Shown piece after piece: positions 1-11,499 of a DNA stretch of 64,000 nucleotides (within the stretch, counting starts at the first letter, position 1; each line of letters starts with the position of its first letter). The stretch spans positions 746,773-810,772 of the forward strand of contig NW_024056013.1 in NCBI RefSeq assembly GCF_902713615.1, read 5' to 3'. A program made the translations under genes and the position numbers. The notes under the pieces were generated by a model. That model was not told where the DNA came from, ran no database searches, and was given only the letters and a program-made list of their open reading frames with translations. Source of the DNA: Scyliorhinus canicula. Taxonomy: Eukaryota.

Positions 1-1395
1 TCGTTTCGTCCTCTCTGCATTATATGAAACTAACCATATAAGAAATCGCATCGAGCGCAGATCAGTTGACCCTTCGATCCTTCAGTAAGATTACAGTTGA
101 TCAGATTGCGGCCGTCGGTCCAATTTCCTGCCTGCCCTTCAGAAACGGCAACTCGCTTGAAAATCAGAAGCTTCCGTCGAGATCAAAAGCAACCTCGTTT
201 TTTTCAATCAGAGGCAGTTGAAAATATCCACCTTGAAAAAGTGTCCATGACGAAAAGTGAGAAAGCACAGTCCCTGAATTCAGTTTCTCGCTTTATCCTC
301 AGGATCTTTTCGCCTGGTTTGGAACCATTTGCCAATGTTTCTGACAAGCTGCTGGATCCAATTAAAGAATTATCTGTATTCAGTCATGCCTTATTAAAAA
401 CTGTAATTTACAATGAAATGAGATATCGAAAGCTATCACTCGATTACAATAATGGTCTGTCTACCAATGTTTGCTTTGTGTGTGCCTGCAAGTGTGAATG
501 TGTGTATATGTGTGCATGTGAGTTTATATTTGTGAGAGAGAATGTATGTGTCTGTTTGAGTATGTGGTGCATGTGTGTGTTGTATATGCGTGCGTGCATG
601 TGTTCTTTATTGCCTTCCTTTTCGGTGTATGCGTCTGGAAGTGTTTATTTGTATGTCTCCACGGCTGTGCCCTGGCGTCTGCAGTTATGCTGCTTAACAA
701 AACTTGATGCAAGACGGCGCTGCGAGATAATTTGGTGAAGGTTTTTCCAAGCAAACATTTTCAATGTATGTAAATTACTTCAACTAATCAAGCCATTGTG
801 TGCACATTTTAAAATTCTGATCGTGCACATAATGTTTTTCACGTTATTAAGTTTGGAATTTTTAAAGGGCCATATCAAAACCAGGAATTGCTTCACTTTC
901 AACCTCGTCAAATATTGCAAGAGATGGGATGAGAGAGGGGGAAAGAGTGAGCAAGGTAGAAGGTGAGACTGACAAAAATGAAAGGTTCAGGGTGAGTGAC
1001 AGAGAGAAAAGCACACGAAAAGAGAGCATAGGGGGATAGTGTGAGAGAGAAAGATTTAAAGCAAAACTCTGAGCAGAAGGTCAAGAAAGAGAAAGATACC
1101 GAAATAGGTTTAGCCACACTGGGGTAACGGTTACATATGTTACAACTGTAAGTGTGTGCCTCTGCTTGAGTGTACGAAAGCGTTTCCATGTGCGTCTGCT
1201 GTGTGTGTAAGTGCATCGATGGAAGGCCAACCTCAAGCGGATTAGCACGGAAAGAGCTTTGAGTGTTCATGCAGGAATACCAGCATCAATGATTGGTTTA
1301 TCGTTAGTCCCATTTCTGAGAGAGCAGCCAATCCTCGGCAGCTGTCCCTCAGATTCACAATAAACGAAACATTCCCCGTTCTGCGTTCACTGTTT

Positions 1396-1568
1396 AATGA
1401 CAATCGCTTATTGTCACAAGTAGGCTTCAAATGAATTTACTGTGAAAAACCCCTAGTCGCCACATTCCGGCGCCTGTTCGGGGAGGCTGGTACGGGAATT
1501 GAACCGTGCTGCTGGCCTGCCTTGGTCTGCTTTCAAAGCCAGCGATTTAGCCCTGTGCTAAACAGCCC
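1396..1568 (-). mobile_element. tRNA-derived SINE (family A, core GTCGCCACATTCCGGCGCC)
   Basis: Reverse complement of the copy at 2485-2672; near-identical copies recur through the window. Confidence 0.85.
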
Positions 1569-1884
1569 GAATGTCAGTCTATAACATTCAGAATATTAAA
1601 AACATTCTGATTTGTTAGTTGAAATCTAACCCATCCACCATATTTCTCCTATCTCCATCCCCTCTCACTCAATCGGATCACGAAAGTGAAGCTCAGATTC
1701 ATATCGCAGATCAAACCCAATTTGTAAAATAGCTGTCAGCAGAACCCAAACTGACTGGCGTTGCCTGAGAAGGCAACGCTGTTGAGCATCAAACTGAGTC
1801 CTACACCAGATACACTGTAGAGGCCAGAAGGTGTCCCTGGGAATGTGGATAACAGGGTGAGGTATGAGGGAGCTTCAGCATTGC

Positions 1885-2015
1885 TGTTCCGCCACAAGCA
1901 GGGAAGTGCGCATGCGTCAGTTTCTTCCGTCTGAGGAAGTCAGACAACAGTCTATGTGACGTCAGTCTGTACTATCTGTGACGTCAGTCCGTCGATTCTA
2001 TGTGACGTCAGAGGT
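1885..2015. promoter_or_regulatory. Candidate promoter module: ETS and NRF1-like motifs plus three CRE palindromes
   Basis: GGGAAGTGCGCATGCG near 1902; TGACGTCA at 1957-1964, 1979-1986 and 2003-2010. Function is inferred from motifs only. Confidence 0.5.
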
Positions 2016-2484
2016 ACCCTGTTCCATGGAGCTGTTCCTAACATTAAACTCTGTTTTTAAAAAGAATAAAGAAAGAAAAGGTGTAGGAAAGAATAATTAA
2101 CCGATACGTTTATTTCGAAACTGCATTACCTGTCATTTTTAAAGATTCTATTTTGTTTGTTTTTTTCAAGCCGCTTCTGGAACCGGTATCCTGACGTTTT
2201 CATTCAAAATGAGATTGGTTTGTTGGCCAGTATTTGGTTTTTGAGAGGCTGACAGCGCTGCTCATATTATTGCCCGAGATTCTGTAGAACCCCCTAACAG
2301 ACAGGAGTACTGAGCTACTGCCCAAGGTAAACGTACAGGGGTAAGACTGCTTTCCATCACATTTCCCACAGACAAAATGCAGTAATAGATAATAGACGGC
2401 ACAGTCAGTCAGCTGCCGCCCCTTGAAGCTTAAACTGGTGAATTTAGTAGAGGTCTCGAATTCTATTTCGAAATTCTCGAAATT

Positions 2485-2672
2485 GGGGCTGTTTAGCTCA
2501 CAGGGCTAATCGCTGGCTTTGACAGCAGACCAAGGCAAGCCAGCAGCACGGTTCGATTCCCCTTCCAGACTCCCCGAACAGGCGCCGGAATGTGGCGACT
2601 AGGGGCTTTTCACAGTAACTTCATTTGAAGCCTACTCGTGACAATAAGCGATTTTCATTTCATTTTCATTTC
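2485..2672 (+). mobile_element. tRNA-derived SINE (family A)
   Basis: A-box-like TAGCTCACAGGG, B-box GGTTCGATTCC, (TTTTCA)n tail. Confidence 0.88.
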
Positions 2673-3225
2673 TACCGTGAAATATAGTTTGGCCAAACTT
2701 TAATTTACCCACCCAGAATTCCTGCAGTGCAACTTCGCGCGCTGTGTATCTGGTGCTCTTGGTGCCAGAATAAATAATGAAGCTGATGTTGTATCTACCT
2801 TTTTCAGTTTCCCCTTCTGCAACTGTCTTTAGATCTAAGGACAGCTGCTGACAAACAGAGCCTCCATGACCGAGATCTAAATCCATATTCAAACAAGGAA
2901 TTATCAGACCGGCGGGTGTTTAATATTCTGATTCATACCCTATTTTGGAAACTGGAGAAAATGCGGAAGGTGTTTAGCCTGTCAGAAATATTCCCACAAT
3001 ATCCTGATGCTACGTCACATTCTGCTCGCCATCCGCTCTGTCAAAGGAGTGTTGAGTATTTGAAGACACCGATCCTGATCCTACCATCAATAATCACTGT
3101 GAGCGACTACTTTAATTCCCTAGGTGACACTTGCCTGGTTTTGTTGGGTGCCCCGTCTTGCTCAGAAATTATGAAAAGTCTCGTTGGCTTTCACTGTGGT
3201 GGTTGAATGTTTATCGGCCAGAGAA

Positions 3226-3238
3226 CGCCCTCTGGTGG
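3226..3238 (-). promoter_or_regulatory. CTCF-binding motif next to the V RSS
   Basis: Minus strand CCACCAGAGGGCG matches the CTCF core consensus CCACYAGRGGGCR; it lies 25 bp beyond the RSS nonamer. Confidence 0.7.
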
Positions 3239-3263
3239 GCACTAACTGGAACTCTCAGTGTGG

Positions 3264-3302
3264 GGTTATTGTACGGCATCTGCTATATCTCTGTGCAGTG
3301 TG
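3264..3302 (-). other. 23-bp-spacer RSS of the TCR V segment
   Basis: Minus strand: heptamer CACACTG (3302-3296), 23-nt spacer, nonamer ACAATAACC (3272-3264), directly after the ...CAMLP codons. Confidence 0.9.
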
Positions 3303-3606
3303 GGCAACATGGCACAGAATACACAGCCCAGTCGGAAGAGAAGGGCCCCGGTGATAGTTAAAGGAACCGTTGTGTTTTCTTTATGCAAAACCGCCAATAA
3401 CCTCGCTGGTAAATTTGGCGAAACATTTACATCCCCCGTGCTATATATTGCCATTAAATATTTTGGAGCTTTCCCGGGATACTGGATGTACCAGAACAGA
3501 GTTTGAAGAGCAGCTGTCGAGTATCTACAATCCAGTGTTACGTTCTGTCCTTCCAGAACCTTTAATTCAGATCGATCCTGGAACACTGCGTCTTCGCCAT
3601 TTGTTC
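3303..3606 (-). CDS. TRAV/TRDV: TCR alpha/delta-type variable exon; FR3 has a compensated +1/-1 frameshift
   Basis: Acceptor TTACAG, then TNGEDAVFQDRSELKVLEGQNVTLDCRYST..LFWYIQYPGKAPKYL..VPLTITGALL..FCAM. Has the first Cys, the WYxQ motif and the second Cys, followed by a 23-RSS. Resembles TCR Valpha/delta rather than VH; I cannot separate alpha from delta. Confidence 0.85.
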
Positions 3607-3706
3607 CTGTAACAAGACAAACAATGTTTCAAACGTCTGGGAGTGAACATAGCATATGGAACATGTGCATGTGTGATATTGAATATTATAGGAAATATTT
3701 ACTCAC

Positions 3707-3752
3707 TGGGCAGGGGGATGAGAATCACCATAAAGCAATATGAGGAGAACAT
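3707..3752 (-). CDS. TRAV/TRDV: Leader exon of the TCR V segment (MFSSYCFMVILIPLP)
   Basis: 46-nt hydrophobic exon, GTGAGT donor, 100-nt intron, phase 1 compatible with the V exon. Confidence 0.8.
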
Positions 3753-4645
3753 GGTGCCTGGTTTGAAGTTGGAAAGAAATAAAATCATGTTTGAAATAAG
3801 TTGCAGTTCTAGTCTGATATTAAAGAGTAATCTCCAATCAGCTGCAGATTTCACGCAATGTGATTCTGATGGGCGTTTCCCAAGGTCAGGATTGGCTAGT
3901 CCCTCAGTTCTCGTGAGAGTCGGGCACCAATCGTTCTTGCTCCTGGGCTAATGAACTCCTTTAGCATTTTAGCTGCCTTGGTGTCTCTCAGCTTTCTCTT
4001 CGTGTCTGTCTCTCTCTGCTGTTCGGCTTCTCTGTCGGTATCTCGCCTCTCTTTCTCTCTCTCTCTGTCAGAGACACTTTCACTGTCTCGTTTTCGTTCC
4101 TTCACGTGGCATTCAAGTTCAGAGGGTAGAAATCAAATTCATCTCAAATTCCCGTTTCAAACCAATTCACGAACACGGTACAGTGAAGGGACCCGTGCCG
4201 TGATATGGAGACAATAAGGTCGGAGAAACGAAGAGAGACAAACGAACAGATAGCAACAAAGAAACAGAGAGAGAGACAAGGAACATAGTGAGAAAAAAGC
4301 ATGTAAGTGGATGCAGGAATTCAAAATGGGAAGAAAATCAGACATAAATAATAATCTATTAAATATTAAATAATGAGAAAATGATATAATCCATTGAATA
4401 TAACACAACACATCAAAATAAGTTACTTCACTGCGATTTAAAGATAATTTAAAATTAATTCCTGTGTATATTAACCTGCATTAATAATATTAATAAAAAG
4501 GAACCGGTAACCGCTCCCGCCGCAGTCAACAGACAAATAGGATGCTGGAGCTCTTTGGTGGGAGGAACTTTAAATTACACAAGATGATAACTACAGTTCA
4601 GGCGCCAGAATAAAATGGAGGCAGCAAACTTCGAAGGTATGTCCT

Positions 4646-4990
4646 GGGCAGCAGGGTAGCATGGTGGTTAGCATAAATGCTTCACAGCTCCAGGGTCCCA
4701 GGTTCGATTCCCGGCTGGGTCACTGTCTGTGTGGAGTCTGCACGTCCTCCCCCTGTGTGCGTGGGTTTCCTCGGGTGCTCCGGTTTCCTCCCACAGTTCA
4801 AAGATGTGCGGGTTAGGTGGATTGGCCAATGCTAAATTGCCCGTAGTGTCCTAATAAAAGTAAGGTTTGGGGGGGGGTTGTTGGTTACGGGTATAGGGGG
4901 ATACGTGGGTTGAGTAGGGTGATCATGGCTCGGCGCAACATTTGAGGGCGAAGGGGCCTGTTTCTGTGCTGTACTGTTCTATGTTCTATG
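4646..4990 (+). mobile_element. HE1-like tRNA-derived shark SINE (family B)
   Basis: GGTAGCATGGTGG A-box, GGTTCGATTCC B-box, body GGGTTTCCTC..GGGTGCTCCGGTTTCCTCCCACAG, (TTCTATG)n tail. Family name is from recognition, not a search. Confidence 0.85.
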
Positions 4991-5402
4991 TAGTTAAATG
5001 CATGTATGTTCAATTAAATATTTCGGATACTAAACTAATAGCGCATATCCCCGTTCTGTGCATATGCCCGAACAACACAGAGACCATTCCCTGAGTGCCA
5101 CAGTAGAATCTTAATAAAACTCGACTCCCTTCACTACCCCCCCCCCCCCCTCTCCTTATACCCTTCCGGGCATCCAGTTCAGTTTTCATTAATGACAGAG
5201 ACTGAATCAATTAGAACATCTTCATCTGCATCCAGCACTTTTTTATTCTTCCAGGGAACAGTTTGATTAAACAGTCGCTGAGGTCAATTAGAGATCAAAT
5301 TTACCGTTCTGATTTTTACCGTTCTGTTAGTGATCAGCGAAATGTACGGTTAGATTTTCAGCCTCTGCAATAAACACAAACTTGTGATTACAGAAATAAT
5401 AT

Positions 5403-5468
5403 CAGGCCAATCAGACACAGCTCTCGAGGCGATGTTCCTGTCACGTGTTCCGCAGGAAGTGACATCAG
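5403..5468. promoter_or_regulatory. Candidate promoter module: CCAAT, E-box, ETS, CRE-like decamer
   Basis: GGCCAATCAG ~5405, GTCACGTG ~5439, CAGGAAGT ~5453, AGTGACATCA ~5458. Confidence 0.4.
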
Positions 5469-5727
5469 TCAAGCTTTGACACAGAGTCATCGGACTAGAA
5501 CGTTAACTCTTTTCTCTCCAGACAGATGCTGCCAGACTGCTGAGATTTTCCAGCATTTTCCCTTTCGTTACTGGCACATCAATGATGTTTTTGACGTCCT
5601 TCCCTTCCACCCCCCCCCCCCCCCCCCCGCCGCCGCCCCCACTCCGGCACTTGTAAAATAACAAACATATTTTCTCCTTGGATTTGCGAAGTGATTTACA
5701 ACTGCCGCACCGGTATGATAGTCACAG

Positions 5728-5911
5728 AGACCGGCTCCAGTATGTCAATAACAGAGACTGCCGGGCCCGGGGTCAGACTGGGGTCTGGTATAATAATAAT
5801 CACCGAGACCGGCTCCAGTGATCACAACAAGACTGCCGGGCCCGGGTCAGACTGGGGTCTGGTATAATAATAATCACAGAGACCGGCTCCAGTGTATCAA
5901 TAACAGAGACG
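5728..5911. repeat. Minisatellite, ~75-78 bp unit, ~2.3 copies
   Basis: GAGACCGGCTCCAGT recurs three times and GGGTCAGACTGGGGTCTGGTATAATAATAATCAC twice. Confidence 0.8.
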
Positions 5912-6269
5912 GGTGATAATCTTCGATTAAGGGAGGCAGTGGGTCTCATGAACAGTTGATTTTAAGAGGAAGTGAAACTATCAGAAAGCAAGGATTCTTA
6001 GGGCCCTAGCCCAGGCTTCAGTATCATGCTGAGTGACAGGGATATGTGTGGGAAAAGCGGATTGGAAACTTCATTGAGTGAGGTGCGTGTGATTGACTCC
6101 ACCTAGGATCGTTTATACCCAATGGGAGGACAATTATGGCAGACCCTATAATGGCGCCTCTGTCGGGGAAACAAAAACATCTGTTTCTTCTCATTCTTAC
6201 CAACAGTTCTCCATTTACACAGACACGCAAGTGCCCGTTCCGGCAGCTTATGAACCCAATATTTCTTTT

Positions 6270-6468
6270 GTAAATTTAGAGTATCCATTTATTTATATTT
6301 AGCACGGCCAATCCACCTAACCTTCACAGATTTGGGTTGTGGGGGTGAAACCCACACAGTCACGGGAAGAAGGTGCAAAACTCCACACGGACAGCGACCC
6401 AGGGCCGGGATCGAACTCGGGTTTTCAGAGGCGTAGGTAGTCGTGCTAACCACTGCACCACCGCACCG
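6270..6468 (-). mobile_element. HE1-like SINE, short form
   Basis: Minus strand GGTGCAGTGGTTAGCAC..GTTCGATCCCGGCCCTGGGTC..GGTTAGGTGGATTGGCC. Confidence 0.8.
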
Positions 6469-6601
6469 TCCCAGTGTGTGGGCACTTATGTTTAAATCAT
6501 CAGATTGGGGCACAAAAACTAAAAGCCAAAGTCTCATCACAGGAAGAATTAGTGCCAAAAATGTTAACGATAATTGTTCCTTTCGTAAACAAGTGCTATT
6601 C

Positions 6602-6763
6602 GAAAATGAAAACTGAAAATCACTTATTGTCACAAGGAGGCTTCAATGAGGTTACTGTGGAAAGCCCCTAGTCGCCACATTCCGGCGCCTGCCCGGGGAT
6701 TGTACCGTGCTGCTGGTCTGCTTGGTAAGCCAGCGATTTAGCCCAGTGAGCTAAACCAGCCCC
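6602..6763 (-). mobile_element. SINE family A
   Basis: Same core as 2485-2672. Confidence 0.85.
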
Positions 6764-8535
6764 TATCCACTGTTACTTTGTCCAAAGTAGTGGATTGTAA
6801 ACAGCAACGAACCTCTGAAAGTTTTGTGGCAAATATCTACACACACCCAGGTTCTGCCTAAAGACAGGATCAGCACAAGAGCAAAGCTGTGTAATGATTG
6901 CATTTTATTCGGCCTCAATGAAGGACAGAGGGAGATACAGAAAAGGTGCTGGGACAATGATTAGAGATGAACCATCTAACTTTTCCCTTCCCTCTCATCC
7001 TTCAGATCTTAATACTTTCAAATATTTATCCATCATTTCCTAAAGTTACTGTTAACTCTGATTCCATCATAATTTCCCGATGTGTGTTCCAGTTTATAAC
7101 AACTCACTGTGTAAAAACGATCCTCCTGTTCAATACGGTACATCTGTGTCCTCTGGTTACAGAGACCCCTGCCTGTTGTAATAGTCTCTCTTTAATTACT
7201 AGATTTAAACCTTGATGGTTTTGTTTTGGCAGTTTAATTAAATAGACACACATAAAGATGGAGAAGATACAGAGAGAGGAAGTGAAACTGAGCGAAGAAA
7301 TTAGAAAGAGAGACAAAACTGAGAAACAGTAAAAAACAAATTACACCCAGAGAGGGAGAATGATAAAATAGTGAAATGGAACAAGATATCATTTCCTGGC
7401 TTCAGAGAACCGGGAAACTCAGTGGCTGATCCACTGACCATCCAGTTATGCCTGGAATGGAAGCTTTGAACAGATCACAACAGGTTCATTTGTAAATGTC
7501 ACCGCAATGTGATCTGTGTGAGTCTGCACTGACTCTGTGGGCAGCGATAAGCCGCATTAACAGATGTTCTCACCAGATTGTGGTCCCTGGATTTAGTTTC
7601 TGCCCAGAAGTGAGATGTGCGGTTTGCAACCGGCAACAGAGAAACAGGAAGTTGTGTTTCCTGAGAATGAAACAGCAGGCGTCAGTTTCATGTTATCACC
7701 GTGAACAGGCTTCCTGCCTGTGAGGGTGAACTCACTCTGACAGCATCAAAAACACCCACACAGATTGCTGTCGGTCTCAGCATTACATTCACCTCACTTC
7801 TCATTCTCTTGAAAAAGTTAGATTATTTGTTTGGAAACACAGTAACCGATCGGGAGATGCACAGATGATCTTCACTGGTCATAATACTAATAATAATCTG
7901 GAGAGATGAAGAAAATTAAAACAACAATCTGTTAACAGAGGTTATACTAATGTAGAAAGTTTGAAGTCACTTGGTGTCTGAGAACGAGAGGGGGGGGGGA
8001 GAGAGAGAGAGGGGGGGGGGGGGGGAGCGGTTAAGTGAATGAGCTGGTGCCTTTCTGGCACAGAATTTTCCTCTGATGACGTTTTGATGCTTAATTGTTG
8101 TCAGAAGTGCCTTCAGAAAAAAAGATTTAAACACGAGGTGCCATTTAAACACTAGATACCAGACTCAGCCAGCGTGTGTCTGTGTGAGTGAGTTAAGTCT
8201 GAGCGAAAGAAACGGGATCAACTGATTTAGGTGGAGCCTGAGTAAGAGAAAGCCAGGTGAACCGATATGTAAGTAACGTGAAAGATATATTTGCCTTTTC
8301 AATGGAATGGACAGCTTGATATTACTGTCTAGATCAGTCAAGACAGTACATTACAAGTACATGTTGAGTGCAGCTCAGGATGTGGAAGGTAACCTCAATA
8401 AATGTCGTCCTGTGCTGAAAAATAATTGCAATTATTGGCAACACCATTTTGCAAACAATGAATAATGATGTGTTCCAGACTAACCGGCCCATATAGACAT
8501 CCAGGCGCGTACATAGACACACATATCCACATACA

Positions 8536-8569
<34 letters not shown>

Positions 8570-8579
8570 CATACACATA

Positions 8580-8755
8580 GGGCTGGTTTAGCTCAATTAG
8601 CTAAATCGCTGGCTTTTAAAGCAGGCCGCAACACGGTTCGATTCACGTACCAGCCTCCCTGGACAGGCGCCGGAATGTGGCGACTAGGGGATTTTCGCAG
8701 TAACTTCATTGAAGCCTACTCGTGACAATAAGCCATTTTCATTTTTCATTTCATT
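8580..8755 (+). mobile_element. SINE family A, next to a (CA)n microsatellite at ~8520-8575
   Basis: Same core and TTTCA tail. Confidence 0.85.
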
Positions 8756-9666
8756 CCATACACACACCGTTTCAGACTCTGTCTCTCACAATCAGTGGCC
8801 ATACAAAAGCAAAGAGAATTCAATCAGCAAAAGGTGAAAGACAATTCGGACCATGAAAGTGAACAGTGGGTAAATGCCACAGATGAACACAAGTCTGAAT
8901 TAGTCATATCTAAAACAATGGAGTTTGTGACTGTGTTGTGCAATGTGACGTTCAATATGGCTCCTGTGTTTCTGTTCCTCCGCCTGGTGATGAAGTGAAT
9001 GGCACAAGATTTGCTTCAACTTTCAGCAAAATATTACACACCCATTACCAGACCAATCACACAACATCAAATAGTTATTCATTATGCTTTTGTAAGTGAA
9101 TTAAGTATGAGAGAGAACATAGACATTAATCAATCTAGGTGTAGTCTGAAACAAAGATATGAAAACAGATCGTCAGGATGTTTCAAGATGTATTTGCCTT
9201 TGCAACGAACTTCCATAACAGCTAATACTTATTGACTCGACAAAATGTATTCTTCCAAACACAAGTGAGTTCCCCTTTCCACGCACAAGGCAGTGGTGCT
9301 CGGTATTGTCGCTGGACTAGTAATCCAGAGACCCAGAGTCAAGCTCTGGGGACCCGGGCTCCCCACCACGGCAGGTGGTGAAATTTTCAATCAAAAATGA
9401 TCTGGAAATAAAAGTATAATGATGGCCATGAAACCAATGTTCAATGTAATCAAAACCCACCTGGTTCACTGATGTCCTTCAGGGAAGGATATCTGTCGCA
9501 CTCAACGCGTATGGTCTACATATGACTCCAGATGACTCCACAGCAATGTCGTTTAATCTAAATGCTCTCAGGGATGGGTAAGAACTGCAGGATCAGCCAG
9601 CGTCATCCACATCCCAGGAACGAATAAAAGTATTTAGTATATTGAAATAAAATTCCATCTTTCTTT

Positions 9667-10148
9667 NNNNNNNNNNNNNNNNNNNNNNNNNNNNNNNNNN
9701 NNNNNNNNNNNNNNNNNNNNNNNNNNNNNNNNNNNNNNNNNNNNNNNNNNNNNNNNNNNNNNNNNNNNNNNNNNNNNNNNNNNNNNNNNNNNNNNNNNNN
9801 NNNNNNNNNNNNNNNNNNNNNNNNNNNNNNNNNNNNNNNNNNNNNNNNNNNNNNNNNNNNNNNNNNNNNNNNNNNNNNNNNNNNNNNNNNNNNNNNNNNN
9901 NNNNNNNNNNNNNNNNNNNNNNNNNNNNNNNNNNNNNNNNNNNNNNNNNNNNNNNNNNNNNNNNNNNNNNNNNNNNNNNNNNNNNNNNNNNNNNNNNNNN
10001 NNNNNNNNNNNNNNNNNNNNNNNNNNNNNNNNNNNNNNNNNNNNNNNNNNNNNNNNNNNNNNNNNNNNNNNNNNNNNNNNNNNNNNNNNNNNNNNNNNNN
10101 NNNNNNNNNNNNNNNNNNNNNNNNNNNNNNNNNNNNNNNNNNNNNNNN
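9667..10148. other. Assembly gap (482 N)
   Basis: Run of N. Confidence 1.
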
Positions 10149-10149
10149 T

Positions 10150-10760
10150 TTATTTCTTTCATTCAGTTGCGCGATATGGCGCCACTGATTGGTCAGGAAT
10201 TATGGTCCATTCCAAGTTGCCATTCAGAAGGTGGTGGTGAGCTGCCACCTTGGATCGCTGCAGCCCCTGATGTGCAGTTACACCCATATAGTATTAGCGA
10301 GAGACATCCAGTATTTTCACCCAGCCACGGTGAAGGAACGGCGATATATTTCCAAGTCAAAGTGTTGAGTGACTTGGAGAGGAATCTCCAGGTGTTGGTG
10401 TTCCAAAGTATCTGCTGCTCTTGTCCGTGTTGATGGTTGTAGCCGTGGGTCTGGTAGGTGCTAAATATGAAACCTTCATTAGTTCCAACAGTAAATCTTG
10501 TGGATGGCAACAATCAAGCGACTGATTTGTCCTGGATGGTGTAAAGCTTCTTGAGATTTGTTGAAGCTGCACTCCAGACAAGTGGAGAGTATTCCATTAC
10601 ACTTCAGACTTTTGCCTCGCTGATGATGGACAGGCTTTGGACAATCGGGATGTGAGTTACTCGCCACAGGATCTCTACCCTTTGAATTGCTCTGGCAGTC
10701 ACAGCATTCGTCTGGCTTGTCCAATTCAGTTTCCGGTCAATTACAGCCCCCAGGATTTCA
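10150..10760 (-). mobile_element. Degenerate 3' fragment of an L2/CR1-like LINE
   Basis: Reverse-complement similarity to the LINE at 46200-47430 (e.g. TGGAGAGTATTCCATTACAC..ACAGGCTTTGG). Confidence 0.65.
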
Positions 10761-11499
10761 GAGGCTGAATGCCCTTGATTGTAATCAATGAAAATAAATC
10801 TGGCGCATTATTCTGTGGGGTAAGACTTCAGCCGTGAATGAAACAGAGTCTAACAAAATAATATCAGAGAGGAGGCTTAACATAATATAAATGGAGACTT
10901 GGTGCAGTTGAACAACTGCTCCGAAATGGCGAATTCTAACATGTATAGCAGCATGGATTCATGCATCAATTAATTAATCCGCACATAATGTAATATTAAC
11001 AGATATAAGGTCTAATGCAATGATTAAAAAGAGTCAATTGCAGTAGAGAGCAGTGTTGCTCAGTGCATTTCTGAATTAGACTGCAACTATTTGCTAAAGC
11101 AGTAAACACAGTCTCGTGCAGTCATAACTGAGAAAGGGTGTATTGTAGTATGTACGGAAACATAGTCCTACTTCTTTAAATGTTTAACTGTCGAAAGCAT
11201 TCTCTACAAAGGTACAATGCTGAGGGAAAGATAAAACTAAACATCGTCCTGTTCAATCATTCCAGAGACAAGACCCAGGGTAATAATACTTGTTGTACGG
11301 TTAAGTACAGTGATAACTGAAGCAGGGATTAATGTAATACTACGAAACACAATGTGCAGTAAAACAAAAATTAATACATCGTCTAACTACAAGTAAAAAC
11401 TCAACTAGAGTAAATTAGAGAGGCCACAGAAGTATGATCTAATGCATTAATAACTGGAATAATATTGAAAGATGCATTAATAACTGGAATAATATCGAA

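Noticed and set aside
97-738. 213-aa ORF
   Set aside because: No recognisable domain; the C-terminal half is (TG)n-derived.
2485-2672. CTCF-like TGGCGACTAGGGGC within SINE family A
   Set aside because: One position short in the G tract and mismatched at a core C relative to CCACYAGRGGGC.
4616-4643. ATG GAG GCA GCA AAC TTC GAA G|GTATGT, a possible first coding exon
   Set aside because: Only 22 nt, directly abutting a SINE, with no matching downstream exon found.
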